DNA of 64,000 nucleotides from Bdellovibrionota bacterium. GTDB lineage: Bacteria > Bdellovibrionota_C > UBA2361 > OMII01. The stretch lies in contig JBIKWQ010000005.1 in assembly GCA_044356215.1 (NCBI GenBank), positions 1,699-65,698 on the forward strand, written 5' to 3'. This document shows, piece after piece, positions 8,662 to 17,935 of this stretch (the stretch's first letter is position 1; each line of letters starts with the position of its first letter). Under the pieces are notes generated by a model that saw nothing but the letters and a program-made list of their open reading frames with translations, was not told the DNA's origin and made no database searches. A program made the translations under genes and the position numbers.

Positions 8662-9930
8662 ATGTCTGAGATCACCTTCGCCGATGTAGTTCACCAATCG
8701 ATCTCCTTTTCACAAGAAGATCGCGCCGAACGACTCGTATTAGATCTTATCGACACTCCCTGGTTTCAACGACTAAGAGATATTAGTCAGACAGCCAACA
8801 CACGATTGGTTTATATGTTCTCAGAGCACTCGCGTTTTGGACACTGCATCGGGGTCTCATATCTGGCGAAGTTAGTCTTAGATAGGCTCGCTTCAGCGCA
8901 CCGTAAACAAGTTGAAGCATACAGACCCGCGGTACTTGTAGCAGCGCTGCTGCACGATGTCGGCCACTTGGCGCCTGGCTCACACACCGCCTTTAAAACT
9001 TGGTTCCCCGGGCAACCCGACTCTCACGAGGCTCTGGCGGAGATGGTTATCTCTGGGGATTCCGCGATCTCTAGGCTATGCGATAGTTATGCACCCGACC
9101 TACGCGACCAAGTGATCGCTATTCTAGCCGAGTCGGATCAAGTTCCCGCGTGGACCTGGCAGCTCATATCGGGAGGTGGTTGGAATGTGGACCGAGGTAA
9201 TTGGTCCGCGGTTGATAGCGTTCTGGCCGGTGTTAGTTACGGTAAATACAACATCCCCGCCCTAGCTGACTCAATTGTAATCACGAAAGATGGTCAGCTC
9301 GCCCTGATGGAAAATCGCCTGGACGCGATGATGCACTTCGCGGTATCACGACACGCGATGTATCGACAGGTCTACCAACACCGAGTTCTGCTCGCCTCTG
9401 ATACTATTAATAAGGCCGTTGTAGATCGAGCGCGCGCTCTGGGAGCCGATTCAGTCTTCGCTGACGAAACGATGAGAGAGGCCTTAAACGCCAAGTCAGT
9501 TAACGATCTGTCGATAAGCACTATCTTCGCGATGCGTGAGTCATGGTGGCGTTATCACCTAAGTCGCTGGGCCGCGAGCCAGGATCAGATCTTAAGTGAC
9601 CTAAGCGACCGGATCCTTAACCGCCGCCTCTTTAAAACCGTTCGAACCGACAACGCCAAAAATGGTGGCGCGATTCGTGAGGAAGCTATCGCCGCTCTGA
9701 ATAAATTAGGAATGGATCCTCGATACTATCTGCACGACCTTTCAACTGCGGATGTGCACGCCTCGGATTCAAAACAATCGATGTTAGTTCAACTAGATAA
9801 CGGGGAGGTTATTACATTAGCCCAAGCCGACCCGCTCTTTAACGCGATGGCTTCTGAATCGCGTCAGTCGCAGCGATCGTGGTTGGCGATGCCGAAGGAA
9901 GTTAAGGCTCTGATCGGCCGAACGAGATAG
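8662..9930 (+). CDS. HD-domain phosphohydrolase (SAMHD1/dGTPase-like)
   Basis: LIDTPWFQRLRDISQ, HSRFGHCIGV, ALLHDVGH, VDR, SRHAMYRQVYQH. Confidence 0.88.
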   Translation: MSEITFADVVHQSISFSQEDRAERLVLDLIDTPWFQRLRDISQTANTRLVYMFSEHSRFGHCIGVSYLAKLVLDRLASAHRKQVEAYRPAVLVAALLHDVGHLAPGSHTAFKTWFPGQPDSHEALAEMVISGDSAISRLCDSYAPDLRDQVIAILAESDQVPAWTWQLISGGGWNVDRGNWSAVDSVLAGVSYGKYNIPALADSIVITKDGQLALMENRLDAMMHFAVSRHAMYRQVYQHRVLLASDTINKAVVDRARALGADSVFADETMREALNAKSVNDLSISTIFAMRESWWRYHLSRWAASQDQILSDLSDRILNRRLFKTVRTDNAKNGGAIREEAIAALNKLGMDPRYYLHDLSTADVHASDSKQSMLVQLDNGEVITLAQADPLFNAMASESRQSQRSWLAMPKEVKALIGRTR

Positions 9931-10024
9931 AGCGTTTTCCCATCAATTACAGAGCGTAGGTTTTGTCGCGCGTACCTGTGCTCCGACATACGGGCTCAGT
10001 TCTACTTGGTAGAAACTATCTAAT

Positions 10025-10504
10025 GTGAATACCCTACCTTCATTTGGCTCGATTCTCCTGACTACAGATCTCTCACCTGAGGCATCTAGCGCCTACGCGA
10101 TGGTGGAATCATTACAGCGCACATACAACTCCGCTCTGACTGTGCTGGCCTGCATAGACACCTCCCCCCTCTATCTTGAGGCGAGCGCTGGCACGATCGA
10201 TTCACCTACCGCGATTATATCGCCCGAGGCGCTCCAACGAAGCTATGCTGACGTTGAGGCCTCGCTAAAAAATCTTCTCGCTGAAAACTTTCCAGGGACA
10301 CGCGCTCACTATCATATAATCCAAGCCCCTAGTGCCGTTAAGCATTCAATCGTCACATTCGCTAGCAACAATAAACCGGACCTAATCGTTATGGCCTCTC
10401 ATGGGCGATCTGGTGTCGCTAGGGCGATTATGGGCTCAGTAACCGAGCACGTTTTGCGGCACGCCAAGCTCCCTGTACTTGTAGTCCCGGCTCAGCAGCG
10501 GTAG
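10025..10504 (+). CDS. Universal stress protein (UspA family)
   Basis: ILLTTDLSPEA, DLIVMASHGRSG, IMGSVTEHVLRHAKLPVLVVP. Confidence 0.93.
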   Translation: MNTLPSFGSILLTTDLSPEASSAYAMVESLQRTYNSALTVLACIDTSPLYLEASAGTIDSPTAIISPEALQRSYADVEASLKNLLAENFPGTRAHYHIIQAPSAVKHSIVTFASNNKPDLIVMASHGRSGVARAIMGSVTEHVLRHAKLPVLVVPAQQR

Positions 10505-10518
10505 CATCCCCTCTTGGG

Positions 10519-11481
10519 ATGTCAGCAGATGTTATTACTAAAGCCAGGTACAATCGAACGCTCTATGTAGCGTGCTGGCTTCTTGTTCTTTACACGGTCG
10601 TCATCATCGCCTGGGGCGCCTGGGTTCGCATATCTGGATCTGGGGATGGATGTGGTGATCACTGGCCGCTTTGCAACGGAGCCGCAGTGCCTCTCGGTGC
10701 TCCGAAAAAAACCTGGATTGAGGTCTCTCATCGATATTCGACGGCTCTGTTTGGTGTACTCGTTCTGCTGCAAATTGTGTTTATAAGACTGAAAACAAGC
10801 CAAGGGAACCTCGCGAGACGCTGGGTATGGCTGACACTGTTATTCACACTTACTGAAGCGCTTTTCGGAAGAGCGTTAGTAAAAAATGGCTTGGTAAATG
10901 AAAGCGAGGATCTCGGTCGCTTGATCGTCATGCCTCTTCATCTTTTAAATACCTCCCTGCTGCTATTCTCTGAGGTAGTAACTGCCGAAGGGATTCGCTT
11001 CTTTGATTACGCCAGGTCACCTCTTACTCGAAGGCAAAGGACTAGCCTCGTAGCGATCTTGGTTGGACTCGTGCTGCTTCTAGCAACGGGAGCAATCGCC
11101 GCTCTTGGCTCTCACTTGATGCCATCGAGCTCTTTTGTTCAAGGCTTACAACATGACTTCAGCTCAGATGCTCACCTTGCTGTCCGCCTCCGAGTTATCC
11201 ACCCGCTGCTGGCTCTCTCTATACCAATGCTACTATGGTTTTACCTGGGCAATTCCCCAAGTGAAGTTTCAGATATCAGTCGGCAATCAAAAGGAGCCTA
11301 TCGCCACCTTGCTTGGGGAACTCTAGCCACGATTTTTATCGGGATACTGACGTTAGGGCTGCTATCACCAACTTGGCTCAAATTATCGCACCTCTTAGCC
11401 GCTAATTTTCTGGTGATACTGGCATCCAGAGCGGTATTCCATTCTTTGTGGCGGCCATGGCGCACCGAAAACGGCAACTAG
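10519..11481 (+). CDS. COX15/CtaA family heme A synthase-like membrane protein
   Basis: GCGDHWPLCNG Cys pair, IEVSHR, about 8 TM segments, conserved His residues (PLH, VIHP, LSH). Confidence 0.85.
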   Translation: MSADVITKARYNRTLYVACWLLVLYTVVIIAWGAWVRISGSGDGCGDHWPLCNGAAVPLGAPKKTWIEVSHRYSTALFGVLVLLQIVFIRLKTSQGNLARRWVWLTLLFTLTEALFGRALVKNGLVNESEDLGRLIVMPLHLLNTSLLLFSEVVTAEGIRFFDYARSPLTRRQRTSLVAILVGLVLLLATGAIAALGSHLMPSSSFVQGLQHDFSSDAHLAVRLRVIHPLLALSIPMLLWFYLGNSPSEVSDISRQSKGAYRHLAWGTLATIFIGILTLGLLSPTWLKLSHLLAANFLVILASRAVFHSLWRPWRTENGN

Positions 11482-11556
11482 TCGCATCATACAAGAGCTG
11501 AGAAAGACGACCTCAGCAAAACGCCGTTACGAAAGGTTGGTTTCGTCCGGCCTCGC

Positions 11557-11585
11557 AAGACACAAGTAACGGACTCTGCTAGAAT
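11557..11585 (+). promoter_or_regulatory. Putative sigma70 promoter with extended -10
   Basis: AAGACA (11557-62), 17-bp spacer, TG-C-TAGAAT (11577-85), 11 bp before the ATG at 11597. Confidence 0.35.
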
Positions 11586-11596
11586 CGCGCCAACTT

Positions 11597-13408
11597 ATGA
11601 ACGACAACCAACAAGCATCAGATACCTTGGATTCGGTGCTGGCCCTAGCAAGAGCTTCTTGGGAATCTACCGCCGGAGTTAGGGGCCGCCTCTTCTGTTT
11701 TATCCTCCTTTACGTCCTCGCGTACTCTATAGATTTACTCGTTCCATGGGCTATCGGCTGGATTTTGGGGGTATTTGTCAAAGAGGGGCTGACCGAACAC
11801 GCGATCCAAGAGAGCATGCGCTGGATCGGCTTATATGTCGCGCTTAAAATGGGATACGCCGCCGCCCATCACTTCGGACGGTATTACCAAGGGACAACGG
11901 CTTATGTGGCACGCTTTAAAAAGCTCGAAGAGGTTTTTACAGCGCTAATCTCTTTTCCTCTTAAGTGGCACGTCACTCACCATACTGGCGAGAGCTTAAG
12001 CAAATTAAACCGCTCAGTGGGAGCTATTGAATCAGTTGTTTCCAACTACATCTGGCAGATCATAGACGGCGTGATGAAATTCTTCGCCGCCTCGATCTTG
12101 ATATTCGCTCTCGATGTTGAGGTGGCGATCGCGGTTTTAGTTATGGGGTGCGTCACTGTGGCAGTGATGATTCTTTTTAACGCGCGACTTACCCGTAATA
12201 TCCGTCGCAACAACAGATTCTATGATAAGCTTAATAGAACCTGCGTAGATTACCTCTCGAATATAATCACTGTTAAGACATTACACCTCGAGCAACCGGC
12301 GATCTCCTATCTCACCGACCAACGTGGTGACGGGCTAAAACTCTCGCGCAAGATCTGGAAGTACCAAGAGCTGAAATGGGGTACGATAGCTGTCGGCTAC
12401 AGTTTAGTGATGGGAACATCGCTGTACATCTATTTTGGCAATCAGCGCTCACTCGGTGGTGCCTTTGATGTAGCTCAGGTTTACGTTCTGCTCAATTATC
12501 TCGATCGTATCTTCGCAGCTATCGGATCCTTTACTGGCTACTACGGGGGCATTATTGAGGCGGCGACAGCCTACGATGACGCGTCTAGCGTATTGAAGGG
12601 ATCAAAGCTAATAGCGCCGCCGGTTTTATCGGGAAATCTAAAACCAGACTGGAGCTACCTACAACTTAATGGAGTCGCGTTCTCTTATGGAAGCAACTCC
12701 TCCAACCTTAGAAACCTTTCTTTGAGGATTAAGCGCGGTGAGAAGATCGCCCTAGTTGGGCCAAGCGGCGGGGGAAAATCGACTTTGCTTAAAGTGCTTT
12801 CAGGGATGTTAACCCCGCAAGAGGGAACGGCGACGAGCGATAATGACGCGCCGATAACCTTCGAGGATATCGCTCAGGTCAGCCTCTTAGTCCCTCAAGA
12901 ACCGGAGATATTCTCTGAGACCGTCGATTACAATATTCAATTTGACCAGGATTTCTCAAAGGATCAGATGCGCAAAGCGGTTGAGATCTGCCGCATCGAT
13001 CACATACTTGAGAAGCTATCTAACGGCTGGGATAGCTACCTTGAGGAAGCCGGACTAAACATCTCGGTTGGAGAGCGTCAACGGCTCGCCCTCGCGCGCG
13101 GAATTCTAAGAGTCCCCGGGAAAAATATCCTTCTGCTAGACGAACCAACCTCAAGTCTAGATCCGCTAACAGAGAAACAGATATTTGCCGGGATCCTACA
13201 CGAGTTCAGAGATCTGTGCGTTATTACGGCTTGTCACCGCCTGGCGCTTGTTCCCCTGTTCGACACTATAATTTACGTTAAGGATGGTCGGATCGAGGAG
13301 ATCGGATCTTTTCCAGAGTTGCGCTCGGCTGGCCGCGGCTTCTCGGCGGCCTGGGCTGATTACGAGCGTACTGTAGTTAGTCGGGATGGTAGTAGCGCGG
13401 CGGTCTAA
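11597..13408 (+). CDS. ABC exporter half-transporter (ABCB-like TMD-NBD)
   Basis: TM domain, then GPSGGGKS, VPQEPEIF, ISVGERQRLALAR, LLLDEPTSSLD, ACHRL. Confidence 0.92.
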   Translation: MNDNQQASDTLDSVLALARASWESTAGVRGRLFCFILLYVLAYSIDLLVPWAIGWILGVFVKEGLTEHAIQESMRWIGLYVALKMGYAAAHHFGRYYQGTTAYVARFKKLEEVFTALISFPLKWHVTHHTGESLSKLNRSVGAIESVVSNYIWQIIDGVMKFFAASILIFALDVEVAIAVLVMGCVTVAVMILFNARLTRNIRRNNRFYDKLNRTCVDYLSNIITVKTLHLEQPAISYLTDQRGDGLKLSRKIWKYQELKWGTIAVGYSLVMGTSLYIYFGNQRSLGGAFDVAQVYVLLNYLDRIFAAIGSFTGYYGGIIEAATAYDDASSVLKGSKLIAPPVLSGNLKPDWSYLQLNGVAFSYGSNSSNLRNLSLRIKRGEKIALVGPSGGGKSTLLKVLSGMLTPQEGTATSDNDAPITFEDIAQVSLLVPQEPEIFSETVDYNIQFDQDFSKDQMRKAVEICRIDHILEKLSNGWDSYLEEAGLNISVGERQRLALARGILRVPGKNILLLDEPTSSLDPLTEKQIFAGILHEFRDLCVITACHRLALVPLFDTIIYVKDGRIEEIGSFPELRSAGRGFSAAWADYERTVVSRDGSSAAV

Positions 13409-13460
13409 TAACAAAGACCGTCGCGTATTTTTGATTTTTTAATACGTACTATTGGATCGT

Positions 13461-15128
13461 ATGGCTAGCTTTGACCGTAATGTACTGCGCAGGTTCCTTG
13501 AGCTAGCGGCGCCATTTTTCAAGTCTGAACTGCGCTATCGTGCGCTGGGGTTGGTTGTTTTGGTGCTGTCGCTCTCGCTGACTATTAACGGCGTCGGGGT
13601 GATCATGAGCTACATCGGGCGTGATTTTATGACCGCCCTGCAGACGAAAGATAGTGATCTATTTTGGTGGAAACTGGTTGAGTATCTCTTGGCGTTCGCC
13701 GTGGCGACACCGATCGTCGTATTTTACTCTTACTCCGAGCAGCGACTAAGCTTGCTTTGGCGTCGCTGGTTAAGTCATCGCATGCTATCGCGCTACTTTG
13801 AGAAACGGGCTTACTACCGAATTAACCTGCGTGGGGATATCGACAATCCAGACCAACGTATAGAGGAGGATGTCCGCTCCTTCTGCGCTCAGAGTTTAAC
13901 GTTCTGTTTAATCTTTTTTAATTCCTTCGTTCAGCTCTTTCTATATGTTTATGTTCTCTGGTCAATTTCATGGAAGCTACTGGTAGCCGCCTTCACCTAC
14001 TCTATCGTCGGCTCTATAGTGACTTATTTTCTTGGGCGCCCTCTGGTAGGCTTAAACTTCGCGCAGCTAAAAAAAGAGGCCGATTATCGATACAAGCTGA
14101 TCAATATCCGCGACAGCGCAGAGTCGATCGCTTTCTATGGCCGTGAGGCGAGAGAGTTCACAAGGACGCGGCAGAGACTGAAGTCAGCTTTAACTAATCT
14201 CCTCCAGGTAATAAACTGGAATAGAAACCTGCAATTCTTTACCACCGGCTACAACTATCTCTTAACTATCCTTCCAACGGTTATAGTCGCCCCTCTGTTT
14301 TTTAAGGGGCAGATCGAGTTCGGCGTGGTGATTCAAGCTGGCGCGGCGTTCGGATTTGTTATTAACGCCCTTTCTATCGTGGTTAATCACTTCGGCAATC
14401 TCAGCATATTCGCCGCGGTAATAAACCGCCTTGGCTCATTCTCAGAAGCTCTTGAGGCGGCTCAGGAGCCTCTTACTCCTGGTCACAAGATCGCGCTCCG
14501 CACCGGGGACACACTATCCTTTCGTTCGGTGACGATCTGGACCCCCCGACGCGAACAGGTTTTGATAAGAGATCTCTCATTCTCAATGCCAGGCAAGTCT
14601 ATCCTCATCGCCGGACCGAGTGGCAGCGGAAAGAGCTCGATATTGCGCGCAATCGCCGGACTATGGGATGTCGGAAGCGGTACTATCATTCGCCCAGATC
14701 TCAAAGGGGCTTTATTCCTGCCACAGCGACCATACATGATCCTTGGCTCGCTTAGATCACAGCTTCTTTATGGCGTGCCAAGAAAGGCACTACTTGATCG
14801 AGAGTTACTTAAGATTCTGGACCGAGTGAGACTAACTGAGATGTACAAGCGCGTTGGCGGACTTGACGCCGTGCTTGATTGGCCAAACGTGCTCGGCACC
14901 GGAGAGCAACAACGTCTGGCGTTCGCGCGGTTACTGGTGATTAAACCAAAGATGGTTTTCCTTGATGAGGCTACAACTGCTATGGACCAAACTATAGCTG
15001 AGGCTCTTTATTCGATCCTACCCGATTTTGTTGAGCGCTATGTAAGCACAGGAGATGCCTCTGAGTTGCGAAAGTTTCACGAACACGTTCTTACTTTAGA
15101 AGGAGACGGCTCATGGCGCTTCGAATAG
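13461..15128 (+). CDS. ABC half-transporter, ABCD/YddA (ABC_membrane_2) family
   Basis: IDNPDQRIEEDV, EADYRYKL..IRDSAESIAFY (EAA motif), GPSGSGKSS, FLPQRPY, GEQQRLAFAR, FLDEAT. ATG at 13461 preferred. Confidence 0.92.
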   Translation: MASFDRNVLRRFLELAAPFFKSELRYRALGLVVLVLSLSLTINGVGVIMSYIGRDFMTALQTKDSDLFWWKLVEYLLAFAVATPIVVFYSYSEQRLSLLWRRWLSHRMLSRYFEKRAYYRINLRGDIDNPDQRIEEDVRSFCAQSLTFCLIFFNSFVQLFLYVYVLWSISWKLLVAAFTYSIVGSIVTYFLGRPLVGLNFAQLKKEADYRYKLINIRDSAESIAFYGREAREFTRTRQRLKSALTNLLQVINWNRNLQFFTTGYNYLLTILPTVIVAPLFFKGQIEFGVVIQAGAAFGFVINALSIVVNHFGNLSIFAAVINRLGSFSEALEAAQEPLTPGHKIALRTGDTLSFRSVTIWTPRREQVLIRDLSFSMPGKSILIAGPSGSGKSSILRAIAGLWDVGSGTIIRPDLKGALFLPQRPYMILGSLRSQLLYGVPRKALLDRELLKILDRVRLTEMYKRVGGLDAVLDWPNVLGTGEQQRLAFARLLVIKPKMVFLDEATTAMDQTIAEALYSILPDFVERYVSTGDASELRKFHEHVLTLEGDGSWRFE

Positions 15129-17863
15129 CCCTCCTAATTATTTTTTCGTTAACCACCTACCTATCGGCATTCTGTCAGGAGTCGGTACGCAGAGCGATAT
15201 TTGAGGATTGCGACCAGGCTAGGGCTGAGTACTTGAAACTCACAGTCGATCAGCAATCCTCGTTGATCGACTACCTTACACGTATTATCGCCCTTAACAC
15301 CGAATCCCCATCCGCTCCTGAGGCATTCGCGGTGCAGCCTGGAGCTCAAGTAGCTCCAGACGCGAAAGGGCTGCCGGTGCCATACGCCGGAGATCTGATA
15401 CCTGGCACTCTTTGGCAGAGCGCCGACGCGAAGCGGGATCTACGCGCTAAAAGGTGCGCCCTTGAGATCCTCGAGAGCGCCGGAGCGCTCGCCTTTTCCG
15501 CTCTTCCTTCCCTGGTGACTACCTACAGCGAGCAGCCATTAAGCGATGAGATCGCCGTTGGGGTCGAGGAGCTCTCGGCGTTAATCGCGGAGGAAGCCCA
15601 TAAGGGCGGGAGCTTGCCTACGAAGGACGATATTAAAATTTTCTCAAGGCACGCCTTGGGACCCAGACCGCTCGTCGCCCGTAACTTAATTCATGAATTC
15701 AAGAATGAATCACTCCCCACCTTTGTACTTTTCGTAGCTAAAGAGAATCAGCGAATCAGCGATGACGCAAAGGCTTGGTTGAGATCACTTGATTCAGACG
15801 GTTCATTGGTTACGCGCGCGGCTTTGACTCTTCTCCCCACACTAACAAAGGAGCAGGCGTTAGAGCTAATGAAGAATATTCCAGCAACTTCGGAGCAGAC
15901 TGAAGCGCTGTTTATCCGCGAGTTCATCGAGCTTGCTAACAGCGAGAGATTCTCCACTGTTTTTACCCAGATCCTTGGTCAAGCCTGCGAGCGACTCAAG
16001 GGTCTAACTTTAGACCAAAATCTTCAGACAGCTATCTCAACTATTCCTGGCATTTTGAATCCAAATGCTCTTACTGATAGCTCGCTCATCTGCCTTAGTC
16101 AGAGCTCACAACCACTAGCGAAGCAGGTTAAACAGCTTCTGATAGGTGACGATGCCATCCAGAAAACTCGGGTTATCAACCTCATCGCGCGAGGATTGCG
16201 AGCAAACGCCAAAGATTTGAATTCTGAACTGTTCTCCGAATTGCGTGAGATCGCCCTTAATACTGATTCCGCAGATTGGACCTCCGCGATAAAAGCATTG
16301 GCTTCGTTTAACAAAAATGGTGATGAGTTAACCTCATTGGCTCTTCAGCTTATTAAGCAATCCGCTAGAATCGCCGACCGCGACAAGGCACAGGCTGTGA
16401 CGAACTCAATTTTTGAACTCTTGGGATCAGCAGAATTAAGCCGCGAAGCTACAGCGCGAATGATGCCACAGATAGTCAACTCAATACGCTCACAGAATCC
16501 AAATCCAATCGCGATCAAGATCGCCAAGGAGTCCCCAAGCATAGATACAACACTGATGAAGCTAGCTCTGACGAGCCCCCCTACTCCGTCATCTTTAAAG
16601 GCACTAGAGATACTCTCGGCGAGGACAGACGTTGCGGACAAAGCTCTACTTCCTCTAATCGATCTTCTTAGATTTCCCGAGTCCCAGAGGTTTGCGGAAA
16701 AATCGATCTTAGCGATTGGTAAGACTGCCGCGTCTACGCTACGGAGACACATCTCAAAGCTCTCTAGTGGATCTCCAAAGACAGGGGCTCTAGGTATTTT
16801 AGTAAATATGGGGGTAGCGACACTACCAGAGGCTCGCGAGCTAGCTGTTTATTTAAATAGCACCGGTGACTGTTCGTTTATAAAACAACGCGAAACGCTC
16901 CTATGCGATCTCCACCACTTTCAGCAAACGGATTCAGAGCTAAAGACGAGTATGACAGCAGTCATCACCCGCTGCCTCAGTGAGTGGGATAAAGAGCAGA
17001 TAGCTCGCGTTGGAGAGTGCAATCCGAATAGCATCCTCGAGACTGGAGAAGCTATCGGCAGATCTCTCGCTGATGGCAAGTTATCAGATGAGCAGGTGAT
17101 ACCAATTGTCGACTTGGCGATCAGCGCCCACAACCAAGATGCTAAAGCCCCGGGTGCTGATACGAGCCGCTCTGCCGCATTGATCAGTCAGATCATTCTA
17201 AATGGTCCAAGAGATGCGAAAGAGAAGCTATTAATGGCCCTATCAGAAGTGACACGATTAGATTCAGCCGTTCAAGAGTCTTTAAGAACCTTAGCTGGCG
17301 AGCCTCTATCGGATTCTCCGATATCTCGATTAGCTATCCTGGCGCTCGCGACTTCGGGTGATACGCTATATCCATGGAGAGATTTTGTAAGAGCCTCCCT
17401 CGCGTCGGCTAAAAATGGCTCCCTCGATTCCCGACTGGCTCGGATCATTTCCAGGATTCCGGCTGATCAGGTATTAGCAGAGGTGATTCCGGCGCTTGAA
17501 GGCGACCAATCTGAGAGTATGGTCGCGGCCGCGCTCGTTGGGGCGTCTCTTGGACCAAAGGCTGTTCCCATCGTTTCAAGACTCTGGAATCTTCGAGAGA
17601 GACGCTCACCGGCGGTACGGTACACAGCGTCTTTAGCGCTGCTACAGATTAATCCCTTGACGCCTGATATGCACGAAACGGTGAAAAAAGTGTTGGTAAA
17701 CCGTTTCTTTCGTTCTGCCCTGTCTATGAATATCCTGTGGAAAAACACGGTCGCGGTTAATGACCTAGATCTAGGAACCTTCGGGACGCTCCGCCTAGAA
17801 CGGCTCAATCAACTGAATCGGCCCCCTGTGAACCAACTAAAGGACAGCGAAATCACTCCATAA
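15113..17863 (+). CDS. Large exported alpha-solenoid (HEAT/ARM-like) protein
   Basis: Signal-peptide-like N-terminus; Leu/Ala-rich helical repeats (SPAVRYTASLALLQINP, AALVGASLGPKAVPIV). Confidence 0.7.
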   Translation: MALRIALLIIFSLTTYLSAFCQESVRRAIFEDCDQARAEYLKLTVDQQSSLIDYLTRIIALNTESPSAPEAFAVQPGAQVAPDAKGLPVPYAGDLIPGTLWQSADAKRDLRAKRCALEILESAGALAFSALPSLVTTYSEQPLSDEIAVGVEELSALIAEEAHKGGSLPTKDDIKIFSRHALGPRPLVARNLIHEFKNESLPTFVLFVAKENQRISDDAKAWLRSLDSDGSLVTRAALTLLPTLTKEQALELMKNIPATSEQTEALFIREFIELANSERFSTVFTQILGQACERLKGLTLDQNLQTAISTIPGILNPNALTDSSLICLSQSSQPLAKQVKQLLIGDDAIQKTRVINLIARGLRANAKDLNSELFSELREIALNTDSADWTSAIKALASFNKNGDELTSLALQLIKQSARIADRDKAQAVTNSIFELLGSAELSREATARMMPQIVNSIRSQNPNPIAIKIAKESPSIDTTLMKLALTSPPTPSSLKALEILSARTDVADKALLPLIDLLRFPESQRFAEKSILAIGKTAASTLRRHISKLSSGSPKTGALGILVNMGVATLPEARELAVYLNSTGDCSFIKQRETLLCDLHHFQQTDSELKTSMTAVITRCLSEWDKEQIARVGECNPNSILETGEAIGRSLADGKLSDEQVIPIVDLAISAHNQDAKAPGADTSRSAALISQIILNGPRDAKEKLLMALSEVTRLDSAVQESLRTLAGEPLSDSPISRLAILALATSGDTLYPWRDFVRASLASAKNGSLDSRLARIISRIPADQVLAEVIPALEGDQSESMVAAALVGASLGPKAVPIVSRLWNLRERRSPAVRYTASLALLQINPLTPDMHETVKKVLVNRFFRSALSMNILWKNTVAVNDLDLGTFGTLRLERLNQLNRPPVNQLKDSEITP

Positions 17864-17867
17864 ATTC

Positions 17868-17896
17868 GTGCACTAGGGACGATTTTATCCTATAAT
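17868..17896 (+). promoter_or_regulatory. Putative sigma70 promoter for the glucan synthase
   Basis: Perfect TATAAT at 17891-96 with only a weak -35 (GTGCAC), about 40 bp before the start. Confidence 0.3.
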
Positions 17897-17935
17897 ATGG
17901 CGGCACCTCGTGATGATTTCAGGGAAGCTATCTAA

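Noticed and set aside
11497-11572. Nested hairpins (GCTGAG/CTCAGC, CCGTTAC/GTAACGG) upstream of the ABC genes
   Set aside because: CTGAGA hinted at TPP but the remaining TPP and cobalamin motifs are missing, and the region lies upstream of the predicted promoter.
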